A DNA stretch of 64,000 nucleotides from a virus. The stretch lies in the IMG/VR virus record IMGVR_UViG_3300026097_000010, positions 64,001 to 128,000 of that record. One strand, written 5' to 3'. The first letter of the stretch is position 1. Every line of letters starts with the position of its first letter. Position numbers and translations under genes: made by a program. Below the pieces are notes generated by a model that worked only from the letters and a program-made list of their open reading frames with translations, ran no database searches and had not been told where the DNA came from. Positions 1 to 9,538 of this stretch are shown piece by piece.

Positions 1-2101
1 ATCTTGTAGATCTTAATTCATCACCTAAAATTGCTGTGTATGCAGGTACCCTAATCGGTAGAGTTTCTAGGTGTTCGCCTGTCGAAGCTTTTACTAGGTA
101 TTGAGGAACAGATCTGGCTGGTAATCTAGAAGTATCTTGATCTTCTAATGTATTAATTATAACTTGTAACAGCGATGCAAATCTTGTATCTGTGCCTGCT
201 TCTGCTGTGTATTCTGTATCTATATACTGACTAGCAATTGCTGTAGAATCGTCCGATACATTTTGATAGATTGTATCAGGTGCTTCGTTATCTAAGATCG
301 ATTGTGCCAAAGTTAACAAATAAGTATACGCCGCAACTCCTTCGTCAGCCTCAGCTGAAAGAGTTAAATAGGCTTTGTCTTCAGATTCGTCCGAAAATGG
401 GCCTTCACCTAATGCATCAACAAAAGATTGAGCGGCGGCCCGTGTTTTTAAATTACCGCCGTGTCCTATATCCCATTGTATCTTATCAAGTACAATACCA
501 ACATCTCTTTCGCATTTGTATTCATCGTAATCAAAAGAAGATGTAAACGGAGAAATATCATTGTCTATTTGATATCTTATCCATGCTGTGATTTCTTTTT
601 GTATAAACGCTCTGTTTAATTCTAAAAGTCTCTGTGCATTTGGATTCAGTGCACCTTTTTCGATTTGCTCGCAAGCATATCGTGTTGTTTTAAAAGGCTG
701 ATCCCATGTTTTTCCAAAAATAGGAGCAGGAGAATCTGTACCATGGGGAGCTACGTAATAGACATATTCTACAGCTCCTAAAGATCTCCATTCTGGATCT
801 TGTTCGCCAGCTACTAGAACTTGTCCTTGATTGCCGACTGGCAATCTAGAAGGGCCAGCACCGCCGAAGTATATTAGATCTCCTCGTTCGACTAAAACAT
901 CAGTTTCAGATCCAATTGCGAGAACGTTCCAATATGTACCTGTAGCATCCTGATCTGGACGACTGTCTGCATTACCGCCGCCTTCTGGATCTGCTCCGAT
1001 AGTTGATCCGTCATCGCCTTCTGAAATATGATTCTGTACACAAACATATACATTAGAAAGATATCTTACTACATCGCCGATTTTGTATTCGACGTCGTCG
1101 ATCCATAGTCCTCTCCAATTTAAACCGGTTGTAAGGGTGTTCCAATAAGAAATATTTGGAGGTTCGTTGCCTGTAGTAATTGCTGTACAAACATACGTGT
1201 TTCCGCCAAGCCTAACAACATCACCTGGCTTATATTCGGTGCCGCTGTCCCAAACTCCGACAAAGTTAAATCCTTCTGTAAACAAATCCCAGTTTGTTGT
1301 GCTGACAGACGGAACAAAATTTGTATGATTTGTTTTTGATATATATAGATTACCGCCATAAACGACTACATCGCCTGGTTGGTAAACTGCAGCATCACTC
1401 CAGTCGTTTTCAAACTCAAATCCTTTTACAAATTGATCCCAGTTGCCTTCTTCATCTGCAAAAGTTCCTGCTCCGGAGGTGTGCGGAGTTACACAAATCC
1501 AAAGTCCGGCACCGTATTTTACAACATCATTCTCTTTATATCGAGTGTCAATTGCCCATGTGCCTTTGTATTCAATGCCTTGATTAAACGAATCCCACTT
1601 GCTTGAATCTTCTTCAAGCCCTAAATTTTCAGTGTTGGCAGAAGTATGTCCTTCGTTACAAACATATGTGTAACCGCCATATTTTACAATATCATTTCTT
1701 TTATAGCGTGTTTCTAGATCCCAATCTCCTTTCCAGTCGAACCCTTCGGCATAAAGTGTCCAATTAGAGATATCATTTTCTAGTCCAAGAGCAACGGTTG
1801 CGGCTGATGTATGGCTAGTATTACAGATATAAAGTAGTCCGCCATATTTTACAACATCATTAATTTTGTAAGTTGTTCCGGTAGACCAATCGCCTTTCCA
1901 ATCTTGGCCGTCGGTCATTTGATTCCATTTTGTAGGATTAAAATTTAAATCTGTATCAAAATTTTCAGCAGAAGTATGCCCTACTTGACAAATATATGTT
2001 CTGCCGCCGTATCTAATAACATCATCTTTAAAATATGATGTTGAGGAAGACCAATCGCCTTTCCATACAAATTTAATTCTACCTAGTTTAAATTCTGCCA
2101 T
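1..2101 (-). CDS. Large virion structural/fibre protein with N-terminal CBM5/12-like repeats; runs off the window start; paralog of 2144..7642
   Basis: Absent from the ORF track because it is truncated. Manual translation from ATG 2101 (GGAG SD and ATAAATA upstream) gives MAEFKLGRIKFVWKGDWSSSTSYFKDDVIRYGGRTYIC..., ~8 WxGxW...YxxxDVVxYGGxxYxC repeats, then YYVAPHG...PFKT and PIRVPAYTAILGDELRST, colinear with the 1832-aa neighbour. Confidence 0.85.
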   Translation of the reverse strand, partial: MAEFKLGRIKFVWKGDWSSSTSYFKDDVIRYGGRTYICQVGHTSAENFDTDLNFNPTKWNQMTDGQDWKGDWSTGTTYKINDVVKYGGLLYICNTSHTSAATVALGLENDISNWTLYAEGFDWKGDWDLETRYKRNDIVKYGGYTYVCNEGHTSANTENLGLEEDSSKWDSFNQGIEYKGTWAIDTRYKENDVVKYGAGLWICVTPHTSGAGTFADEEGNWDQFVKGFEFENDWSDAAVYQPGDVVVYGGNLYISKTNHTNFVPSVSTTNWDLFTEGFNFVGVWDSGTEYKPGDVVRLGGNTYVCTAITTGNEPPNISYWNTLTTGLNWRGLWIDDVEYKIGDVVRYLSNVYVCVQNHISEGDDGSTIGADPEGGGNADSRPDQDATGTYWNVLAIGSETDVLVERGDLIYFGGAGPSRLPVGNQGQVLVAGEQDPEWRSLGAVEYVYYVAPHGTDSPAPIFGKTWDQPFKTTRYACEQIEKGALNPNAQRLLELNRAFIQKEITAWIRYQIDNDISPFTSSFDYDEYKCERDVGIVLDKIQWDIGHGGNLKTRAAAQSFVDALGEGPFSDESEDKAYLTLSAEADEGVAAYTYLLTLAQSILDNEAPDTIYQNVSDDSTAIASQYIDTEYTAEAGTDTRFASLLQVIINTLEDQDTSRLPARSVPQYLVKASTGEHLETLPIRVPAYTAILGDELRSTR

Positions 2102-2119
2102 TTGTTGCTCCGTATAGTA

Positions 2120-2126
2120 TATTTAT
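2120..2126 (-). promoter_or_regulatory. Late promoter box ATAAATA (gp55-type)
   Basis: ATAAATA followed by GGAG and ATG 2101; the same box recurs upstream of structural genes. Confidence 0.7.
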
Positions 2127-2143
2127 TAGTTTGTTGTCCATAA

Positions 2144-5100
2144 TTAAAAAGACTTATAAAATATTGTTTGTGCTACCATTGTTCCACTTATTCCTGCTTC
2201 TGGTCCTATAAAATCAGCCCTTACAGGAATTAAATTTGAAAGATCAGCAACATTACTGATTTCTTGTGGACCTACTTTTACTGTGCCTGCAACAAAACTT
2301 GCGGTTGCAATTTCTGAGCCACCTAGAGTCAATCTAGATTCTAGATATCTTCTAATGGCTCGTTGTGTAGGAACAATGTTGTTAGAATCTTCCGTAAAGG
2401 TTGTGTCTGTAGAAAATTCTCTAATTACAGCGCCAGTTCCGCCTACCCGGATTCCCCCTAATCTAATCTCTGTTAATCCTCCAAGATCAAAAAAGTCAGC
2501 ACTAATTGTAACAATACCAGTAGATTGTTCTACAGCAAACAGCTCTCCTGTTCTAAAGTTTCCGTCTTGATCGGTACTTGCATAGAAAACTCTGCCTCCC
2601 AATCTTTCAAACACTTCGTTTTCTGGAGCTGTTAAAAACACTGTTCCTGAAACATACAAATCAGGATAGTTTGTTTCTGTAAAGTTTCCGGTGCCAATAT
2701 CTAAGAAATCGTGACCGGTAATACGACATTGAGAGTAACGCTCTCTAATTGACATTTGCGTATTATGGACAAACTGATCTCTTACTTTTAATTCGGGGCT
2801 TATACGAACTTCGGCAGTAAGACCTCCTTCTATAGAAGCAATTTCTGATAAAGTCACTAATGTATAAATTTCGTCAGAGCCGTCAAATGTTATTTGTGCT
2901 CCTGGCCCATATAACTTTGATAGATCGGTTACAGTGATAAATTTACCAGAAGGAATAATGTCGGCAAATCCATCACCTGAGATTGTTACATCTGTAGTCA
3001 ATGTTCTGTATCCTAATCCTCGATTTATCCAACTAGGCTGTGATAACACGCCGTCTGCTGTTCTACACAAGGCTTCAGCATCACTAGAACTACTAGGATC
3101 TGTAAAGGTAACTGTTGGTACAGTTGTATATCCCGAACCCGGATCCCATAATTTAATTTCTTGAATCTTTCCTGACAAGACAGAAACTCGACCTAGTGCT
3201 CTAGCTCCTGTTCTAATTAGATTTATTTTTCTAGAAGAATCTGCTAATGTAATCCACACCGGTGACGAAAGATCGTTAGGATTACTACCCGAAGGAGCCG
3301 ACGGTCTTCCGAACGCTACGTCGATCCAATTCTCTGAATCGATAAGTTCTCTGTTGGTCCATGTTACCCCATCAAAAGAAGTTACAGCATAATTAGAAGG
3401 TCCCGAACTAGGATCATCACCAACAACTCTACCGCCGGTGTCTCCTATTGCAAAAAATACACCTTGTGCATATCTAATTTTCTGCCAAAAGTGTGCTGTT
3501 GATCCATCTTGCGAAGGCATTGTTTCTGCTCGCCATATAAAGCCGTCGAAACTATATGCAATTTCTCCTGTTGAAGAAATTGCAACAAATCTATCATTTC
3601 CATAAGCTATCGATCTCCAATCTTTTTGCGTTGAATCATCAATAACATCCATGATATATGTTTCCCAAGTTATGGCCGAACCGGATCTAGTTCCTACCGC
3701 AACACTGTTATTACTGTTTGCAAGTGCAACAAATCTTTCTTTTCCGTATGCAATATCTATAAATTGATTAACTGTCGAATCAAATGCATCAGGAAGAGTG
3801 GTAGCGACCCAATTTATTCCGTCTCTTGATACAGCACCTTCATTTCCGTCATCTGAGACAGCTACGAATGCGCCATCTCCATACACAACTGACCTCCAAG
3901 GTCCGTTTGATGGTAAAGATGAACTAGTCCAATTTACACCATTATATGAATACGCAGCTTCGGGCGAACCGAGTTTCAATGCCACAAACACTTCTCTGCC
4001 GTTTGTTTCTTCTCTGCCTGTTGCTAAACAGCTCCATGTTCCGCCTGAAGGAAATGTTGTTGTTGACCAAGTTGTTCCGTTAGCCGATGTTAAACCAGTA
4101 TCGCTTCCGGTGGGAAGAACAACAAATCTTCCTGTAGCGCCTATTCCGCTAGATAGAAAACTAATAATAGCACCGTTATCTGTTGTGCTTAAAACTTTAA
4201 CACTAATATTATTATAAGGAGACTGTGCTCCTAATACAGACCCACTAATTGTATATGTTTCTCCAACTTGATAACCTGTTCCTGGTGATGCTAATGATAA
4301 GTTATAATCTCTTCCGTTTTTAATTATGTTGAATGTTGCTGCATCTTCGCCAGATTCTGCGCTGAGACTAATTCCGCTAAATTCCAGGTAAGTTTCACCG
4401 TACCCGATCGCTGTAAAATCTGTAGATCCTGGCATTGTTTCCGAAGTTACAGTAAACCCTGGATGAGAAAATGTAACTCTAGGTTCTATTCTATAAGTTG
4501 TTTGATTGCCTAATGTTTCTGATAAAGGAAAACCGGGTCTGACATGATCCCAACCTGGCTGGTCATCACTTTCTCTAGAAACAGTAACTACTTTGGTTAA
4601 TTGGTCATACGATGTTATATAACCGTATTGTCCCGTACCTGGGCCGCTTGTTAAAATTATGCGTTTACCTAAATAAGTTGCTTCTTGGGCTTCGTCATTC
4701 TGAGCAATTGTTATCTGAGTTGTATTACCATCTTGTGCATTATTCTGCACAACGCTATAGCCGCCTCCGCCGATTTCAGTTCCGATTGAATCTAGATCTT
4801 CTATTGTGTCTTCTAATCTTGCTTCAAATATTGCATTATCTCTAAAATCTTCAAATACTACTTCTGCATTAACCCCTGCACCTGTAAACTGTGCAGATGC
4901 TTGCGTGTAATTTTGTCCGGCGTGCTCCCATTCGAGTATTTGAATTTCGTCAACAAAATCTCCTGCAAATGTTTGTGCGATGGTTGCTTGCTGATTTCTA
5001 TTAAAGAGTCGTGCTGCTCTAGGTGTTTCGTCTGGGTCGACTCCGTCTGCTACTGCACCAAATCTCCCGTAAGAACAGTTTCCGTTTGTTGCTCTTATTA

Positions 5101-7642
5101 TTCCGCCGTTTTCTGCTAGGTATCCAATTTGGCAATAATATGTAAACACAGACACAAGTTCTGCTCTACCATTGTTCAAGACCTGGGCGCCGATGCCGTC
5201 CGATAGTACCTGTGTAAAATCGTTAGAAACCATCGATTTATTGCCGCCATTATGCAATGCTCCATCAATCTTTTGTCCGACACAGTTATCTCCTATAGTG
5301 GTCACACCTTGAATATACGGAGATCTAGTTAAAATCCATGTACGATCATCGGCCGGTCCCCAACCTGGATCTAGCGAGCAAAATGCTCCACCTGTAGGTC
5401 TTTGATAGAGATCGAAAACTTCGGGAGGATTTAAAATTCCGTCGAGTCCTTGGAGTGTACAATCTCTAACGCCGGTAGCATCTCTTAGATAGAACATATC
5501 GTCAAAATTTGCTCCGGTGATAGCATTACTGTAGTATCTTCCTTCCAGTATTGTTTTGTAGTTTCCTGTATAAATTATATCATATTTAAAAGCATCAATC
5601 GCTCTTCTTATATTTGTTTTATACAATTCAGAATCAAAGGTGTAATCTGGAAATGTTTCTTCGACATAGGCAACTGCTTCATGTGCAAAAAATTCTTTAT
5701 TTGCTTCTAAAATTAATACAGTGTTTGTGTATGCACTATCTGTAACAGCAGTATTTGTACCGGTTAGGGTCGGATTAGCGCCTTGCGATAAAACAAAAAA
5801 GTTAATATACGATATTAAATTATTAACCAATGCAGCTGTTGCAAGAGCAGAATCATTGCTTCCTGTTACAGGGGTTCCTTCTGATGAAAGAAAAACAGGA
5901 TCAACAGTATTTCCTGATGTTTTTCCTACAGTAAGCTCTTGTCCTTGGATAATGTCGCTTATAAACGGAAGAAGACGGTTTAATGCTGCTGTATAATAAG
6001 ATCCGTCATTGGCTAACTCTGCAATCGGTGTTTGTGCTTTGATTGTTGTGGATCTTAACTCTGATCCTTGGATCACAGTTCTCGCAGGAACAATTATTGG
6101 ACCAATTTCACGATGCTCTCCAGCAGAACATCGAATAGTTGTAAATCCTTCAAAATCATCATCTACTTGTTCTGCGGCAAATCGAATCGTTTTCCAAGGC
6201 TTGAAAGGACTGTATCCTCTCTGTGCATCTGTTGACGAATCAATACCTTGCGGATCGACATACACTACTCTGTTAATTTCACCGTATCTTCTGTAGACCA
6301 AAGAATCTTCATTGTCGATAGTTAGAACGGTGTCTGCGTCTCCAAGTTCTACATTTGTAGGTCCAAAGGAACTAGTATCACCTACTTCGTCTCGAGACAA
6401 ATCATAAGTTAAAAGATCTCCGCGTTGACTCAAACCTGTTTGTGTTTGTACTTCTACTACAATGTTCCAATAGTCAAAACCGCTACCGTTATCTCCTGGG
6501 AAGTTATCATTGTTTGATATATGTTGTACATTGCTTGCATAAACACTGCCTTGAAAATTAACAATGTCGTTTACTGAATATTCAACACCGGCAGACCATG
6601 CAGATCTCCAGTTTTGTCCAAATCCTATTTGTTCCCAATTCGAATCATCTAGATAATCAAGAGTACTAGCATCATCTGTAGTATCAGAAATTGCTACATA
6701 TAAATTTCCGCCACGTCTAACAACATCGCCTGTCTTGTAAGTAGATGTTGACGACCACAAACCTCTAAAGTTTACACCTTTAGATAAAAGTTCCCAATAA
6801 ATTTCTGTTGGTTGGTAAATTGAGTCGAACGGTGACTTGTTACTATTAGCTCGTACACAATAATATAAATATCCTCCATATTTTACAACACTTCCTATGC
6901 CGTAAAATAATTGAGAATCCCAATCAGTTTCAAACTCAGAACCGTCTAATTCTATTTGCCAATTATCTTCTTCATAGTTTGTAGCTGCATGACTTACTGT
7001 ACATCTCAGTAGTGATCCGTTATAAGTTACTAGGTCGTTTAATTTATATTGTGTATCTAATACAAAATCGCCTTTGTAATCAATGCCGCTGTAATATAGT
7101 TGCCATGTTTCTAAGGTACTGTCTTGAATATCATTGTTGTCGCCTACTTCGATACCATTTGATATGGTTGATGAAGTATGTCCTAAAACACAAACATAAA
7201 CATTTCCTCCATATCTTACAACATCGCCGATACCATATCTTGTCGAAGATGTCCAATCGCCTTTGAAACTAGGAGCATAAACGTATAACGACCAGTCTGA
7301 AATATTTGCATCAAACGTTCCTTGCGAAGTATGAGGAACTGTACAGACATAAAGGGCACCGCCATAGCGTACAATATCTCCTACAGTATAAACTGTAGTA
7401 GTTGTCCAGGTATGTCTGAATGCAAGTCCGTCTGCCATTTTATCCCATGCAGGAGAAAAATCAGTATCGTTTGGATTTGCTAAAAACTCTTGATCTGTTA
7501 AAAATGCAGATGCTGTATGTTGACGTATACAATAGTATACCGAACCGCTATACTGAACTACATCATCTTTATTATACGAAGTTGAAGAGGTCCACTCGCC
7601 ACGCCACGTATATCTAATTCTACTTATCTTAAACTCTGCCAT
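2144..7642 (-). CDS. Large virion structural/fibre protein (1832 aa): CBM5/12-like repeats, beta-helix-like region, propeller-like repeats
   Basis: ~8 W-G-W/DVVxYGG repeats at the N-terminus; SPYIQGVT..GCVGQKIDG..SMVSNDFTQ region typical of T4-like marine phage structural proteins; WxxVAYGxGxFVA repeats in the C-terminal half. Confidence 0.8.
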   Translation of the reverse strand: MAEFKISRIRYTWRGEWTSSTSYNKDDVVQYSGSVYYCIRQHTASAFLTDQEFLANPNDTDFSPAWDKMADGLAFRHTWTTTTVYTVGDIVRYGGALYVCTVPHTSQGTFDANISDWSLYVYAPSFKGDWTSSTRYGIGDVVRYGGNVYVCVLGHTSSTISNGIEVGDNNDIQDSTLETWQLYYSGIDYKGDFVLDTQYKLNDLVTYNGSLLRCTVSHAATNYEEDNWQIELDGSEFETDWDSQLFYGIGSVVKYGGYLYYCVRANSNKSPFDSIYQPTEIYWELLSKGVNFRGLWSSTSTYKTGDVVRRGGNLYVAISDTTDDASTLDYLDDSNWEQIGFGQNWRSAWSAGVEYSVNDIVNFQGSVYASNVQHISNNDNFPGDNGSGFDYWNIVVEVQTQTGLSQRGDLLTYDLSRDEVGDTSSFGPTNVELGDADTVLTIDNEDSLVYRRYGEINRVVYVDPQGIDSSTDAQRGYSPFKPWKTIRFAAEQVDDDFEGFTTIRCSAGEHREIGPIIVPARTVIQGSELRSTTIKAQTPIAELANDGSYYTAALNRLLPFISDIIQGQELTVGKTSGNTVDPVFLSSEGTPVTGSNDSALATAALVNNLISYINFFVLSQGANPTLTGTNTAVTDSAYTNTVLILEANKEFFAHEAVAYVEETFPDYTFDSELYKTNIRRAIDAFKYDIIYTGNYKTILEGRYYSNAITGANFDDMFYLRDATGVRDCTLQGLDGILNPPEVFDLYQRPTGGAFCSLDPGWGPADDRTWILTRSPYIQGVTTIGDNCVGQKIDGALHNGGNKSMVSNDFTQVLSDGIGAQVLNNGRAELVSVFTYYCQIGYLAENGGIIRATNGNCSYGRFGAVADGVDPDETPRAARLFNRNQQATIAQTFAGDFVDEIQILEWEHAGQNYTQASAQFTGAGVNAEVVFEDFRDNAIFEARLEDTIEDLDSIGTEIGGGGYSVVQNNAQDGNTTQITIAQNDEAQEATYLGKRIILTSGPGTGQYGYITSYDQLTKVVTVSRESDDQPGWDHVRPGFPLSETLGNQTTYRIEPRVTFSHPGFTVTSETMPGSTDFTAIGYGETYLEFSGISLSAESGEDAATFNIIKNGRDYNLSLASPGTGYQVGETYTISGSVLGAQSPYNNISVKVLSTTDNGAIISFLSSGIGATGRFVVLPTGSDTGLTSANGTTWSTTTFPSGGTWSCLATGREETNGREVFVALKLGSPEAAYSYNGVNWTSSSLPSNGPWRSVVYGDGAFVAVSDDGNEGAVSRDGINWVATTLPDAFDSTVNQFIDIAYGKERFVALANSNNSVAVGTRSGSAITWETYIMDVIDDSTQKDWRSIAYGNDRFVAISSTGEIAYSFDGFIWRAETMPSQDGSTAHFWQKIRYAQGVFFAIGDTGGRVVGDDPSSGPSNYAVTSFDGVTWTNRELIDSENWIDVAFGRPSAPSGSNPNDLSSPVWITLADSSRKINLIRTGARALGRVSVLSGKIQEIKLWDPGSGYTTVPTVTFTDPSSSSDAEALCRTADGVLSQPSWINRGLGYRTLTTDVTISGDGFADIIPSGKFITVTDLSKLYGPGAQITFDGSDEIYTLVTLSEIASIEGGLTAEVRISPELKVRDQFVHNTQMSIRERYSQCRITGHDFLDIGTGNFTETNYPDLYVSGTVFLTAPENEVFERLGGRVFYASTDQDGNFRTGELFAVEQSTGIVTISADFFDLGGLTEIRLGGIRVGGTGAVIREFSTDTTFTEDSNNIVPTQRAIRRYLESRLTLGGSEIATASFVAGTVKVGPQEISNVADLSNLIPVRADFIGPEAGISGTMVAQTIFYKSF

Positions 7643-7647
7643 ATTTT

Positions 7648-8019
7648 TTAACCGTCGCTTGAAATTCCTTCAGGATATACGTACCCTTGATTTATTCTCT
7701 GTACTAGTCTGCCTTCATCATCAATATAATAAAGAACATTCCTGTTATCCCATCTATATTGAGGGTATACTAAATTTTCGTACTCTACTTCGTGGTCTTC
7801 TGCAATGCCTTCAAAGTAATCAATACCTGGTTCAAAATCTTCAAAATTTTCAGATATAGGTCCTGGAATATTTAATTCTATAGAATCTTTATCTTTTAAT
7901 TGATCGCTTCTTAGCAAGAACAATTCTCCATCTGCATTTCTACGAATCATATATAGATATCTAGGACTGTCGCCTAATGCCTGTTGTGGGGTTGTTCCTA
8001 AATAATAATTATCTGACAT
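7648..8019 (-). CDS. Hypothetical virion-associated protein (123 aa)
   Basis: Full ORF with AAGGA SD, tightly packed within the structural operon. Confidence 0.7.
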   Translation of the reverse strand: MSDNYYLGTTPQQALGDSPRYLYMIRRNADGELFLLRSDQLKDKDSIELNIPGPISENFEDFEPGIDYFEGIAEDHEVEYENLVYPQYRWDNRNVLYYIDDEGRLVQRINQGYVYPEGISSDG

Positions 8020-8028
8020 AGTCTATCC

Positions 8029-8361
8029 TTAAGATATCTCTACATAACTAATAGTAGAATCTACACTTGCATCTGTATCTGATACTAATCTTATTCCTGA
8101 AGTTTCTGGTAAGATTAATTTTTCACCTTGTGTTATTACTTTCACACTTGTATTAGGAGGTATAACAATTCCTTTTACATAATGTCCTTGTGTTGAGTTT
8201 TCATCAACAACAAACATATCAACATTTACTACATCAAACTCTGTAGTGTTTGCAAGATTACAACCTATCACAGTTGCTCTTACTCCTAACGGTATTTGTA
8301 AAACATCTACAGGTTCAGTTCCTATGTCAGTGTTTACCGCATGTTTAAAAACTGTTGGCAT
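8029..8361 (-). CDS. Small beta-sandwich structural protein (110 aa), paralog of 12899..13261
   Basis: Shares (I/L)xCN...IPxxxxV...EK(L/I)IL...D/TxxxS(Y/F)(V/L) pattern with the 120-aa ORF. Confidence 0.7.
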   Translation of the reverse strand: MPTVFKHAVNTDIGTEPVDVLQIPLGVRATVIGCNLANTTEFDVVNVDMFVVDENSTQGHYVKGIVIPPNTSVKVITQGEKLILPETSGIRLVSDTDASVDSTISYVEIS

Positions 8362-8365
8362 ATCT

Positions 8366-9418
8366 TTATCCTAACATTAATGCAAACGCTGCCGAAATGT
8401 CGTTTGCTTGAATTTCTGACACTGCACCTGATGCACCGGCTGGACTAGCCCATGTTGCACCATTCCAAATTTCAAGTGCTCCTGCTTCTGTATTATATCG
8501 TGTCATGCCTATAACAGCATATGCTGTAGGTCTTTCAGCATTATTTCCTACCGGAGGTACAAAGCCATTAGTCGTGTCGATTTTAAAGTACCCAGCTCCG
8601 GTCTGTGCAAAAATTGATATAGCATCATCTACTACGTTAGTTATGGTATTACTAGCTATTCTAAAGTTTCCTAATCTAACGCCGCCGGCACCGCTACCGT
8701 CGATATAGATATCATTTCCTGCAGATGAAGATATTGTGCTGTCAGTTATATTAATATCGCCAATATCCATTGTAGGCACATCAATAAAATCTGCAAAGAA
8801 TTCATTAGCAAACACAGTTCTCCATTTTTTGTCTGCAGATCCTAAATCATATGTGTTGTTTGCATCTGGTACAATATCACTTTGTATACTAGCATTAATA
8901 GTAATTGTATCTGTTAATTCGTCGCCTATTGTGATATTACCGCCTATAGTAACGTCACCAACCGCACTAACATTTCCAGAAACTGACAAGTTACCAGTAA
9001 TGTTTGTGTTGTTAACTAATTCTATGGTGCCTGCACCATTAGGTCTAAGTTCAATTGAACTGTTTGATACAGTTGTAGATATTACATTTCCTGCAACTTC
9101 AAAGTCATCGACCTGAAGTTTTGCATGATAAATTGTTGGATCTGAGCCGCTAGGGGAAAAACTAATAGTATCTTGTGTGCTACTAATTGTGTTTCCGGTA
9201 ATTGTTAAATTACCAATGTCTTGTTGATTATCAACTACAAGAGTTGTAGTTCGTGTGGTTCCAGTAACGTCTAGATCAGTTGTAGGAGAACTGTTGTTAA
9301 CGCCTATTCTACGATTGTTTACATCTAAATATAAAAGGTCAGTCTCAAAGGCCAAATCATTGCCATCACGCAATAAGTTAGACTTCAAGAGCGGACCGGA
9401 AATACGACCAATAGCCAT
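8366..9418 (-). CDS. Fibre-like structural protein (350 aa)
   Basis: GRISGPLLKxNLLRDGNDLAF N-terminus shared with the 934-aa ORF; IxxNxIS beta repeats; PxGxxAxRP..GMTRYNTE motif; hydrophobic C-terminus FALMLG; GAGGAG SD. Confidence 0.75.
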   Translation of the reverse strand: MAIGRISGPLLKSNLLRDGNDLAFETDLLYLDVNNRRIGVNNSSPTTDLDVTGTTRTTTLVVDNQQDIGNLTITGNTISSTQDTISFSPSGSDPTIYHAKLQVDDFEVAGNVISTTVSNSSIELRPNGAGTIELVNNTNITGNLSVSGNVSAVGDVTIGGNITIGDELTDTITINASIQSDIVPDANNTYDLGSADKKWRTVFANEFFADFIDVPTMDIGDINITDSTISSSAGNDIYIDGSGAGGVRLGNFRIASNTITNVVDDAISIFAQTGAGYFKIDTTNGFVPPVGNNAERPTAYAVIGMTRYNTEAGALEIWNGATWASPAGASGAVSEIQANDISAAFALMLG

Positions 9419-9424
9419 GCGCTC

Positions 9425-9510
9425 TCCTCAACCACCGTGTTTCACGGATAACCACCTTACATTGCGGGTTTACCACAGTTTGGTCATACAAAGAAAGGTC
9501 GTTCTTTGTA
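9425..9510 (-). promoter_or_regulatory. Structured 5' leader (putative cis-regulatory RNA) of the 350-aa gene
   Basis: Minus-strand hairpins UACAAAGAA/UUCUUUGUA, UGUGG/CCGCA and CCGUG-AAA-CACGG, closed by GACCA/UGGUU next to the SD; begins just after the late promoter. Confidence 0.5.
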
Positions 9511-9518
9511 ATCATTAG

Positions 9519-9525
9519 TATTTAT
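9519..9525 (-). promoter_or_regulatory. Late promoter box ATAAATA
   Basis: Intergenic ATAAATA about 100 nt upstream of ATG 9418. Confidence 0.7.
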
Positions 9526-9538
9526 GCGAGTTTGAGAT

